A stretch of DNA of 24,176 nt from an uncultured archaeon (GTDB lineage: Archaea > Asgardarchaeota > Heimdallarchaeia > Heimdallarchaeales > Heimdallarchaeaceae): contig CAZJUB010000035.1 in the NCBI GenBank assembly GCA_964549075.1, positions 1 through 24,176 on the forward strand, written 5' to 3'. Both the position numbers and the translations under genes were made by a program. Shown here one piece after another: positions 8,222 through 17,138 of this stretch (within the stretch, counting starts at the first letter, position 1; each line of letters opens with the position of its first letter). The notes under the pieces were generated by a model. It saw nothing but the letters and a program-made list of their open reading frames with translations. It was not told the origin of the DNA and did not search any database.

Positions 8222-10237
8222 TTATTCTACTGAAAAAGGCGCTTCTGCAAAAATTGATTCTACAATAGGTTGAAATTCTTCTTGATTAATTGGCCTTGCT
8301 GAAACTTTCTTTTTTATTTTACTCATCGCTTCTTTCAAGAATTTTCTTACCTGCAATCTGCTTTCAAAAGTCTCATTATCCGAGACTAAAACTGCCATTA
8401 TTTTTTCTTGCCTTTCGATAATAACAGCACGACCTTCGTGAGTAATACTTCTCAGAGTTTCAACTCCTTTTCCAAGTACTTCTTGAGAGAAATTTATAAT
8501 TGCTGATATTAATCCTGAGATGAGGAGATCATCTATATCTTGTTTTTTTGAGAAATTATAAGAATAAAGAGGTAATCCACCTTCATCAATCACTAACAAG
8601 AAATAAAGTATAATAGGAATTTTCTTATGAGTCCCAAAAGAGAATTTTCGTATTTTTGAAAATAATTTTCTAGATCCTCTTAGTTCCTGTATCAGAGATT
8701 TCTTTTCTTCTAGAATAATGTTTAATTCTTCAATTCTATCACTAAAATTGTTTTTCTCAGCAAATTGAATACCTAATTTTAGACTTTGTGTTGCTTCATT
8801 TTCCATATTTCTGAATCTATAATATCCTGCTTTCGTTAGAATTGCATCAATGTAAATTGAATGTTTAATCTCATTTGTGACATCAATTAGATTGTCTACG
8901 TAATAAAGAAACTTTAGAGCAAATTCATTGTTATCAGTAATTCTATACATCTCAAAATAACTATCAGCTAACGCAGCATACGTATAGAGAATTCCCTCTA
9001 AAATGACTTGATTCTCAAAAAACTCTAAAGATCTTTCAAAAAATTTCACTGCTGTTGCTAAGTCTACTTTTTTCTGATGATACATGCCTTTATAGAAAAA
9101 GTAGTAGGACATAGCATTAAAATCAAATTGCTCTTGAGCTAATTTCATTCCATATTCTAAGCTTTCACCCTCATCTTTACCTTCAACTAAATTGATGTAG
9201 CCATACACAATTTCTATCATTGGATTAGGATAATTATATTTTTCATTAATTTCGTGAGCTTGGTTATAAAATTCATTTGTTTTATCCATTTCTTCATTTA
9301 AGAGGTAGATATCACCCATTTTTTCTAAAATTTCAAGTTGAACTGGTGTAAAGATTTTTGAATTCTTTAGAAGATTTTTATAAATTTCTAAGGCTGAAGA
9401 TAAATCTCCCTTCATTTTTTCTATTACAGCAGAATTAAGAAGTAAAATTGATTTTAATCTCTCAGAAGATATTTCTTTCGCTAATTTCAAACCTCTTTCT
9501 AGATTCCTGTTCGCTTCCTTGATATTATATTCTTTTAACGATAACGAAACAAGCAAATCAAATAATATACTCTGCATTCCTTTATTTTCATAAGTTTCAG
9601 CTCTTTGCATTGCACTGTTTAACCACAAATCTTTGAGTGTATCATCTGCAATTGTATAAGCAAAGTTAACTAAATCAGTCATTAAAGCATCTAAAATAAA
9701 TGAATATTTAGTAACTTCATCTCCAGGACTAGACAAATATCTCAATAACTCATTCAATGCTTTAAATCCAAAATCTGGACGTTTTTGTGAAATAGAAGAA
9801 AATTCTTGCAAAGCTAAAATGAGATAATCTCTAGAATTATCGTAATCATCAGTCTTAATAATTTTTTCAATTGACTTGTAAGTTTCGTTATATTCTTCAA
9901 ATAGAAACATATCTCTTAATGATAACAAATAACAGACATGAATAGAAAGAAAATCATTTGTTAATTTTTCTTTGAATTTATTATATAACTCAATTATTTT
10001 TTCATATTCTTTACTCCAATAACAGAAAAGAAAGTATCCTAACAAAACCACTTTCTTGCTTTCATCAAAATGAATCTTTGTTTTTGAGGAGAAATAATCA
10101 TATAATTTATTCCTAATTAAAAAATCATTAGTTTCTTCTCCTATAATAGATGTGAAAAGATTCTCTACAGAATCTTCAATTCCGTTATGATACAATTCAA
10201 CTTCTTTTTTAACAAAAAGTGGCAAGTTAAGTGTCAT
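8222..10237 (-). CDS. TPR-repeat protein with C-terminal longin-like domain (paralogue 1)
   Basis: TPR-like helix pairs (KGDLSSALEIYK, MGDIYLL.EEMDK..EFYNQA, KGMYH....DL..AVKFFERSL). The C-terminal ~130 aa LYFLLVIDEGGLPLYSYNF...DDLLISGLISAIINFSQEV...SITHEGRAVIIE...MAVLVS has the beta-beta-alpha-beta-beta-beta-alpha-alpha longin pattern. GAGGA SD-like sequence upstream. Confidence 0.78.
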   Translation of the reverse strand: MTLNLPLFVKKEVELYHNGIEDSVENLFTSIIGEETNDFLIRNKLYDYFSSKTKIHFDESKKVVLLGYFLFCYWSKEYEKIIELYNKFKEKLTNDFLSIHVCYLLSLRDMFLFEEYNETYKSIEKIIKTDDYDNSRDYLILALQEFSSISQKRPDFGFKALNELLRYLSSPGDEVTKYSFILDALMTDLVNFAYTIADDTLKDLWLNSAMQRAETYENKGMQSILFDLLVSLSLKEYNIKEANRNLERGLKLAKEISSERLKSILLLNSAVIEKMKGDLSSALEIYKNLLKNSKIFTPVQLEILEKMGDIYLLNEEMDKTNEFYNQAHEINEKYNYPNPMIEIVYGYINLVEGKDEGESLEYGMKLAQEQFDFNAMSYYFFYKGMYHQKKVDLATAVKFFERSLEFFENQVILEGILYTYAALADSYFEMYRITDNNEFALKFLYYVDNLIDVTNEIKHSIYIDAILTKAGYYRFRNMENEATQSLKLGIQFAEKNNFSDRIEELNIILEEKKSLIQELRGSRKLFSKIRKFSFGTHKKIPIILYFLLVIDEGGLPLYSYNFSKKQDIDDLLISGLISAIINFSQEVLGKGVETLRSITHEGRAVIIERQEKIMAVLVSDNETFESRLQVRKFLKEAMSKIKKKVSARPINQEEFQPIVESIFAEAPFSVE

Positions 10238-10279
10238 TTTTTTCCTCTATTTCTTTTGAATTTATGGAATTTACTTCAT

Positions 10280-12361
10280 TTAAAAATCTACTTTAATAGC
10301 ATCACTATAAACCAATTTTGAACCAAACAGAGATTTAACCTCTTCATCTATTGCTTTGCTTACTTCTGTATCCAATTCTCCATAAAATTGTTTAGGAATA
10401 TTAAGAGACGCTAACTTATCTGTGAGTTGATGGATTTTTCGTCTAAGCGAGAAAGAATCTAAAGCACTAACAGCTACTGAACTAAATCCTTTAGGATGAG
10501 CTTCTATGATTATTTTATGATTTCCATAAGTGATAACAAGCATTTGACTCTTCTGTTCTTCAAAGAGTTCAGAAAGCATATCTCTAACTGCCACGATGAA
10601 ACCTCCAAACAAGAGTTGATCTTTTACAGCTCTTTTTAAAATCACATAGGATCTTAAAGGAATTCCAGATCTATGAAGAATAATAAGTGCAAGAGGTAAA
10701 ACTTCTAACTCTACGTATGATTTTTGCATATACCTTATACCCACCTCTTCAAGAATAGATATTTCTTTTCTAAAAGGTTCTATTATCCAATCAACTCCTT
10801 CAGTTTGTTTTTTAGGAAATACTTGATTCAACTGTTCTATCCTATTACTGATGAGAGATTCCAGCTGTCTATTCTTGCTGAGAATTGGAATTTCACGAGC
10901 TTGTTGCAGACAGTTAAAAGCTTTTGAGAATTCCTTTTTCACCGCATAAATTTTCCCTTGAAGCAAAAACATTACAGCTAATTCTTTATACAGTCTATTT
11001 TCGGAGAAATAAGGCAAGATATAGTTTACAGTTACTAATGTTTCATCCAGAATTTTTGGATCTTTTTCAAGGTCAAATTTTCCAAGATAGAGTAGAATTA
11101 GATTCATTAATATTTTTGCAGATAATTCTCCTCTTCCTTGTTCATCAGCAATTCTAAGAGCTGTTTTAAAATTCTTTTCAGCTAGACCATAATTGAGTTT
11201 TCTAACATCAAAAATCCCTTTCAGGGAAATCAGATATGATTCTATTATCGGGGAGGGATTACTTCGTATTTCATCTTCAATGGATTTTAGTATTATCTCG
11301 AATTCATTTAATTTACCAGTTTGCAGATATAATTCAGCTAGAGTGCAATATTGGTAAGTCTCCCTCAAGTTTAACTTTTCTAGAATTTGAATAGCTTCTT
11401 CATATAATCTAATAGCTTCTTCGAATTCACCTTTATTTAGAGCTATTTCACCGAGATTTTTAACTGTTAAAGCGATAAGTCTATTGCTCTCAAGTTTTCT
11501 AAAAACCTTTAAAATATCATTAAATATTTCAGTTGCTTCTTGATAATTACCTAATATTACATTGATTGTCCCAAGATTTCCTTCTACTGCTGCAAGTAGT
11601 GATTTGTTACCAGTTTTCAACAATAGTTCTAGAGCTTTATGTGTTAAACTATGTGATTCTTCAATGTTACCACTATCTCTTTGAACTAATGCGAGTAAAT
11701 AGTAGAATCTTGCAATTTGATATCTATTTTTTAATTCAGTTGCAATATGTAGTGCGACATTCAATTTATTCTCAAGTTTTATTTTTTCTTCTACATATCG
11801 GCTAACATAGAAATGATCTCTATGTCCATCAAGCAGAATCTCATTTACAACTGGTTTTATTTCAGCAGGTAGTTTTTGAGAGGTAATAGATTCTTCAAAA
11901 AGACTATTAAGACTACTTCGACACTGTTCGTAATTTCCTAGATTCAAATAACCATATGCAATCGATCTAAGAAGGTGTAATCTAAAAATGATATCTAGAT
12001 TCTGCTTTTCCCTTAATTTTGTTGCCTCTTTAATTGCATTATCATTTGATCCTTTTTCTAAGTCTACTCTAATCTTCCACAAATCAGCTCCTAGAGATGA
12101 GTAATTATCATAGAGTTGTTCAATACCAGAATAATCTGAAATAATAAAAAGAATGCTTCCAAGCACGAATAATAAATAATCTGAAGGTTGTTTAGTTTCT
12201 GAGAGTAGATTACGAAGCATCTCAGCAATTTTTTCTAGAGAATCATTTACTGAAAAGTTTTCTCTATTTCTTAGTAAATATTCTTGTTCTGTTTCAGATA
12301 ACAATGGTAGATAAATAGAAAACTCATTTGGAAACCCCACTGTATCTCCTTCAACCTTCAT
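10280..12361 (-). CDS. TPR-repeat protein with C-terminal longin-like domain (paralogue 2)
   Basis: Clear TPRs (NLGTINVILGNYQEATEIF, NLGEIALNKGEFEEAIRLYEEAI); C-terminal LALIILHRSGIPLRSY...DQLLFGGFIVAVRDMLSELF...ITYGNHKIIIE..FSSVAVS..DSFSLRRK. ATG 12361 is preferred; TTG 12370 is the alternative start. Confidence 0.78.
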   Translation of the reverse strand: MKVEGDTVGFPNEFSIYLPLLSETEQEYLLRNRENFSVNDSLEKIAEMLRNLLSETKQPSDYLLFVLGSILFIISDYSGIEQLYDNYSSLGADLWKIRVDLEKGSNDNAIKEATKLREKQNLDIIFRLHLLRSIAYGYLNLGNYEQCRSSLNSLFEESITSQKLPAEIKPVVNEILLDGHRDHFYVSRYVEEKIKLENKLNVALHIATELKNRYQIARFYYLLALVQRDSGNIEESHSLTHKALELLLKTGNKSLLAAVEGNLGTINVILGNYQEATEIFNDILKVFRKLESNRLIALTVKNLGEIALNKGEFEEAIRLYEEAIQILEKLNLRETYQYCTLAELYLQTGKLNEFEIILKSIEDEIRSNPSPIIESYLISLKGIFDVRKLNYGLAEKNFKTALRIADEQGRGELSAKILMNLILLYLGKFDLEKDPKILDETLVTVNYILPYFSENRLYKELAVMFLLQGKIYAVKKEFSKAFNCLQQAREIPILSKNRQLESLISNRIEQLNQVFPKKQTEGVDWIIEPFRKEISILEEVGIRYMQKSYVELEVLPLALIILHRSGIPLRSYVILKRAVKDQLLFGGFIVAVRDMLSELFEEQKSQMLVITYGNHKIIIEAHPKGFSSVAVSALDSFSLRRKIHQLTDKLASLNIPKQFYGELDTEVSKAIDEEVKSLFGSKLVYSDAIKVDF

Positions 12362-12386
12362 AGTATTCAATTAATAAAATGCAATT

Positions 12387-12406
12387 AGAGAATAAAAATA
12401 TTCTCT
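12387..12406. repeat. Perfect 8-4-8 inverted repeat between TPR-longin paralogues 3 and 2
   Basis: AGAGAATA-AAAA-TATTCTCT read directly from the sequence. Confidence 0.6.
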
Positions 12407-12423
12407 TTAACAAAGTTTGAAAT

Positions 12424-14469
12424 TTAAGGTTTAATCCCTTTAATACCAAATAGGTTCTGAACAACAGAATCTAATTCATGAATCTCTGTTTCGCTAATCT
12501 CTCCTCGATATCTCTCACCAGAGAGACCTTTTAGTGACAAATTTTCTACAAGTCTATGCATTTTTCTTCTAAGCATGAAACTATCACGAAGAGCAATAAC
12601 TACTACAGAAAAGAGGTTGCTATAAAATTCTATAAGTAGTTTATATTGTCCATGATCAATTGAAAGAACTCCTTGTTTTTGCTCAACAAATAATTCATTC
12701 ATGAGATGTCTAATTGCAGATACAAAACCTCCAAAAAGAAGATCATCACTTATTGTTACATCTTCACTTAGATAAGTTCTGATTGGAATACCTGAACTAT
12801 GTAGAATTAGTACTGCAATTGGTTTCTCTTCTTTAGGAGCAGCAAGTTTCTTTGATTCCTTTCTTAGTATAGTTGATATAGGTTTTATGTCCTCGATAAA
12901 TTCAATCACACCTTCAGTTTGAATATTGTCTACTTGGTTCTCTATTGCATCCTTAACCTGCTTTATGCGCTCATTATAATCAGTAACTAATATTGGAGTA
13001 TAATTTCTCGCATATTCTTCTCCTTTTTTAAGTAAGAAAAGAGCTGTTTCAAAATCTAAGAGAACAATTTTTATCTTAGATCTAATATAGAAAATAATTG
13101 ATAATGATTCATATTTAGCTTTTTCTTCAAGATAAGTAATAATATCATCCAAGCATTTATCAGCTTCAATCAATTCCTCTAAGCTCAAAGTTATAGTGTA
13201 CTTTTTCAAGAAAACAATTGTTAACAAAACTAATGTTTTAGAGCTTAAAATCTCATTACCTAATTCATCTGCCATTATCATAGATTTTTGGAGATAATCT
13301 TGTGCATTTCCATAATTGTTTTGTTTATATTCATAAAAACCAAGTAGAAACAAATATGATGATTTTTGAGAAGGTGTTAACATTTTTTTACTTTCTTCTT
13401 CGATTATCTTTAGCAGTTGTTCACACTTTGTAAGGTCCGCCAGATACAGAAGTATTTCTAGATATTTCATTTTCATATTTAAATTTCGGAAATGTCTTTC
13501 ATCCAATATTTTGAGAACTATCTCCATTTCATCTTTAGCTTTCTCAAAATCCTCTCTTGCGAAATATACTTCTGCAAAATTTGAGTGACAAATATATAAG
13601 GATCTATAGTCGTTAACCCAACTTTTGACTTCTTTATAGCTTTTTTCATACCAGAACATTGCTTCGTCCAAATGCCCCATCTGTAAATAGACATCACCAA
13701 TACATCCGGTTATGTGACCGAGAAGTCTATCAATTTTCACATCTTTAGCTATTGCTTCTCCTTTTAAAAAAAGTTGATGTGCAAGTTGGAAATTTCCTCT
13801 TTCCAATTCAATTATTCCTATTGTATTATAAGTATGTGCAAGAATTATTCTATCATTGAATGCTTTATTTATGTTAAGTGATTCTTTTGTTTTATCTCTT
13901 GCTAGAGAGAGTATATATGTATCTTGTAAGTAAATTGAATCTAATTCAAGCATATACATCTCTATTAGTTTGTAGGTATCTCTTGTAGAAAGTAAATGGA
14001 TTTTATCATTTAATGCGTAAAAATTATAACAATTTTCTCTATTTTCTTTATACATCTGGTAATCTTGGACTAAATAGTTCTCTATAGCTTTAATGTAATA
14101 CAAGAAAGCATAGAAAATAGTATCTTTTAATTCATCTTGCAATTTCTTTACTCTTTCGTGAAAAATGTCTTTTTCTCCTGCATAGATGTGATTTAGAGCA
14201 CACCACAATCCTAATCCAGAATCTTTTCGTTTATTATACAATTCACATATTTTATTTAGTTGTCCTCTGTGGTAAAGAATTCTCCCAAGTAAAAATGTAA
14301 AAGCATTAGAAAAGGTCTCATTTTTTGTATAGTAATAAAGAAGAACTTTTTCTATTTCATCCAATTTTGAATCTGTTCTTAAATTTGCTTTTTCTATGAG
14401 ATAGTTCTGCTCTTCCTCTGATAACAACTGAAAAACTGAAACTATTTCTGGAGGTAGAACACTTCTCAT
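12424..14469 (-). CDS. TPR-repeat protein with C-terminal longin-like domain (paralogue 3)
   Basis: TPRs (NTIGIIELERGNFQLAHQLF, IGDVYLQMGHLDEAMFWYEKS, LGFYEYKQNNYGNAQDYLQKS); C-terminal IAVLILHSSGIPIRTY...DDLLFGGFVSAIRHLMNELF...SIDHGQYKLLIE..FSVVVIA..DSFMLRRK. Confidence 0.78.
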   Translation of the reverse strand: MRSVLPPEIVSVFQLLSEEEQNYLIEKANLRTDSKLDEIEKVLLYYYTKNETFSNAFTFLLGRILYHRGQLNKICELYNKRKDSGLGLWCALNHIYAGEKDIFHERVKKLQDELKDTIFYAFLYYIKAIENYLVQDYQMYKENRENCYNFYALNDKIHLLSTRDTYKLIEMYMLELDSIYLQDTYILSLARDKTKESLNINKAFNDRIILAHTYNTIGIIELERGNFQLAHQLFLKGEAIAKDVKIDRLLGHITGCIGDVYLQMGHLDEAMFWYEKSYKEVKSWVNDYRSLYICHSNFAEVYFAREDFEKAKDEMEIVLKILDERHFRNLNMKMKYLEILLYLADLTKCEQLLKIIEEESKKMLTPSQKSSYLFLLGFYEYKQNNYGNAQDYLQKSMIMADELGNEILSSKTLVLLTIVFLKKYTITLSLEELIEADKCLDDIITYLEEKAKYESLSIIFYIRSKIKIVLLDFETALFLLKKGEEYARNYTPILVTDYNERIKQVKDAIENQVDNIQTEGVIEFIEDIKPISTILRKESKKLAAPKEEKPIAVLILHSSGIPIRTYLSEDVTISDDLLFGGFVSAIRHLMNELFVEQKQGVLSIDHGQYKLLIEFYSNLFSVVVIALRDSFMLRRKMHRLVENLSLKGLSGERYRGEISETEIHELDSVVQNLFGIKGIKP

Positions 14470-14515
14470 TACTTGTCTAATTCTATAAGTTCTTAAAAAA
14501 TCTGACGACTGTGTG

Positions 14516-14532
14516 CGAAAAAGCTTTATAAA
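14516..14532 (+). promoter_or_regulatory. Canonical-looking archaeal BRE-TATA promoter of the DNA methyltransferase gene
   Basis: CGAAAAAGC-TTTATAAA, with the TATA box at 14525-14532, 37 bp before ATG 14569. A divergent TTTTTAAG box for the TPR gene lies on the minus strand at about 14499-14492. Confidence 0.6.
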
Positions 14533-14568
14533 AAAACAAGAGAATTTTTACGAGAACTGGGAGATTTT

Positions 14569-16581
14569 ATGAATCAAGAATCACAAATTGAGGATTTTGA
14601 AACAGCACTTAATCTGTTCACTTCTAAAGGAATCGATAAGAATTTAGCTAAATCCATCCTGATCAAACTTTGGTTTCTTTTCAAATCAGATGAAATCTCG
14701 ATCACAAACGACAATCAAAAAATAACACTTCAAGAGCTTTACAACCATTGTAATGAACCTTGGGTGGTACTCATCCATGAATTAGAGTATTTTAAAACTT
14801 CAAGAATTAAACTCCATTCAAAGGATATTCTCAAAATCAAAGAATATTTCACAAACCGTTTTTCCCGGTTTCCAATGTTCTATATTAGAGGTCACCAACG
14901 TCTTAAAAATGAAGGTTTTTTTGTTACTCCTAATTGGATTGATTTTTCAATAACTAAGCAAGTTAAAAGCAATTTAACAAAATTAGTCAAATTCTCTGTA
15001 ATAGATTTCACTGCAGGATTAGGTGATTTTCTCAAACCATTCCTCAAGTACGACAATAGCAGAAATTACGCTATAGAACTAGATCCTCATACATATGAAG
15101 CAATGATTTTTGATTTCTTAGTAAATCCCTCAGTAAGTAGTTATCAGAAATGTAAATTGATATTAACTGTTAAACAAGGAGATTCGTTATTGGGTTATCA
15201 GAAAAATAAACTAGATGAGTTGATTAAAGAACCTAAAAATAAAAAACTTGTATTAAACTATCTCAATACTAGATTATCCATTCTCGATACAGAATCAAAT
15301 AACATTGTAAAGCAAGTAAAAGAATGTTTGAGGTTAAGAAAGGAAATTTCAGCAATTAACAGTGATTACAGTAACTTTAATTGGTTTATCGATTATCCAG
15401 AACTGTTTTTAGATCCTTATGGTGATGAACTAAAAAATCCAGGAGTAGATTATGTAATCGGTAATCCTCCTTGGATAGGTTATTCAAAAATTGACACTAA
15501 GATATACAATGAAATTCTAAATATGGAAGAGTTCAGTGATTTAATACAAGGTAAATTTAATTTCTACTTACCTTTTGCTATTTTAGCTTTCAATTTAACG
15601 AAAAAGATAGGAGGATTAGTTCTACCACAATCGATACTAACTGAATCTTATGCTCAAAAATTTAGAGAATATATCTTCCAAACAAAAGCAATTTGTGGGA
15701 TTAAATTATATGGAGCTAAAGGTTTTCATAGAGTCATTAATGAATTCTGTACTATTGTCTGGAACAAAGAAAAAAAATCAGAAGTAATTGATTTAATGTA
15801 TTTTAAAAATAACATTAAATCTAAAATACAATTTAAAGCTATAGAAGCTCCTTTTTACAGACTCCCTTTAATTCCAACTTTCAGGATATTTGAGATAATA
15901 GATATAAAGAGAAATTTCAAGAAAATAGGTGATTATATTTTTATTAGAAGAGGTTTAACTTTAACCAGAAAATATCAAAAAAAATACCATGATACAGAAG
16001 TTGATGAAAGCGATAAACGTTGTAAAAAAATTATTAAGAACAGTGTTTTTACTGAGAAGATTAAAAAAGGAGTATTTAATTTCCAAGTTTTTTATTCTGG
16101 TGACAGATTCATCTATGATAAAGAATTATTAGGAGCACCAGGAACTGAAAATTTATTCGAAAGACCAAAAATTATTAGAAGGAATAGAGGAAGAAAATGG
16201 TTTATTGGATTGGATTTACTAGATAACCTGTATGTTAATGATATCTTCGATATTATTTATCAAAAAAAGGAGGATGTATCTTTGAAAGTTGTCTTTGGGT
16301 ATCTTTGTTCGTCGTTTGTACAAATGCTTACTGAAGGCTATTTACAGAGAGATATAACTTCGAATATTGTCAGAGAGCTTCCTTTTCCTAATTTTAATTC
16401 AAATGATATGAAAAGAATAGAAAAATTTGTGGATAATTGGATTATATCAGAAAAAAATCTTAATGACTTCAAATCTTTAAGAGAAAATATTGATACATTA
16501 CTTTCAGAAATCTGTGACTTCTCCGTAGATATGATAGGTTATCTTAAACATGAGGTTAAGATTAATTGGAAAGAACTTTAA
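14569..16581 (+). CDS. N6-adenine DNA methyltransferase, gamma class (Eco57I/TaqI-like MTase-TRD), no recognisable endonuclease domain
   Basis: Motif X (K.EGFFVTP..I), motif I DFTAGLGDFL, YAIELDP, GDSLL, FNW..DYPELF, motif IV DYVIGNPPW, NFYLPF, GLVLP, and a TaqI_C-like TRD (LFERPKIIRR..., GYLCS). Confidence 0.85.
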   Translation: MNQESQIEDFETALNLFTSKGIDKNLAKSILIKLWFLFKSDEISITNDNQKITLQELYNHCNEPWVVLIHELEYFKTSRIKLHSKDILKIKEYFTNRFSRFPMFYIRGHQRLKNEGFFVTPNWIDFSITKQVKSNLTKLVKFSVIDFTAGLGDFLKPFLKYDNSRNYAIELDPHTYEAMIFDFLVNPSVSSYQKCKLILTVKQGDSLLGYQKNKLDELIKEPKNKKLVLNYLNTRLSILDTESNNIVKQVKECLRLRKEISAINSDYSNFNWFIDYPELFLDPYGDELKNPGVDYVIGNPPWIGYSKIDTKIYNEILNMEEFSDLIQGKFNFYLPFAILAFNLTKKIGGLVLPQSILTESYAQKFREYIFQTKAICGIKLYGAKGFHRVINEFCTIVWNKEKKSEVIDLMYFKNNIKSKIQFKAIEAPFYRLPLIPTFRIFEIIDIKRNFKKIGDYIFIRRGLTLTRKYQKKYHDTEVDESDKRCKKIIKNSVFTEKIKKGVFNFQVFYSGDRFIYDKELLGAPGTENLFERPKIIRRNRGRKWFIGLDLLDNLYVNDIFDIIYQKKEDVSLKVVFGYLCSSFVQMLTEGYLQRDITSNIVRELPFPNFNSNDMKRIEKFVDNWIISEKNLNDFKSLRENIDTLLSEICDFSVDMIGYLKHEVKINWKEL

Positions 16582-16622
16582 ATTCTTTCTAACCTTAAAT
16601 AGTATTTTGTCGATATTATATC

Positions 16623-17138
16623 ATGACACTAGTTCAATCTTCTTATGAAAGTACGCAAATTTCTAAAAAAGAATCAAAATTAGAAAGTATACTAGAAGAA
16701 CTTTTTTTTGTTTTTTCGATATTCGATGAAGAATCAGGTCCAATTCTTCTCTATAATGATTCTCCTCTAGAAGAAGATATAGTTCACAACTTGAATTTGA
16801 AAGTCTTTTCATATTTAATGCAAGGAGCAGAATTCGGACCAGATAATTTTGCTAAACTAAGAGGAATAGTACAAATTCCTCATTCTGAGTATTATACATC
16901 TGCAATAGATGTCTTAGTTAAGAAAAGAAGTTTGAAATACAGAACTCAAGTTTATGTTCCATTGATTATTTTTCTGATTTTCCCCAGAAAAGAGCTTGTA
17001 ACTTATGCAAAAATAGCAGAAAATCTTGAAGATTTTATAAGTAAAAAATTTGGTAAAGGATTAAATGAGGTTCCATCTCTTAAGTCTATTGAAGAGTTCA
17101 TAAATATTCTTTATTCAAAAATCAAAGAATCACGATGA
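16623..17138 (+). CDS. Standalone uDENN/NPR2-like longin-fold protein (putative)
   Basis: FVFSIFDEESGPILLY hairpin (F-D-x-x-x-G-P), a helix, three strand-like segments (GIVQIP, YYTSAIDVLV, PLIIFLIF) and two terminal helices. A CTTAAATA box sits 22-29 bp upstream. Confidence 0.55.
   Translation: MTLVQSSYESTQISKKESKLESILEELFFVFSIFDEESGPILLYNDSPLEEDIVHNLNLKVFSYLMQGAEFGPDNFAKLRGIVQIPHSEYYTSAIDVLVKKRSLKYRTQVYVPLIIFLIFPRKELVTYAKIAENLEDFISKKFGKGLNEVPSLKSIEEFINILYSKIKESR

Noticed and set aside
10724-13700. Short ORFs 10724-10927, 10924-11157, 11566-11805 and 13518-13700
   Set aside because: Nested within TPR-longin genes (antisense or alternate frame) with no protein-like signal.
14569-16581. BREX PglX or a complete Type IIG restriction-modification system
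   Set aside because: Too short for PglX or a REase-MTase fusion, and no brxC, pglZ, helicase or nuclease gene in the window.
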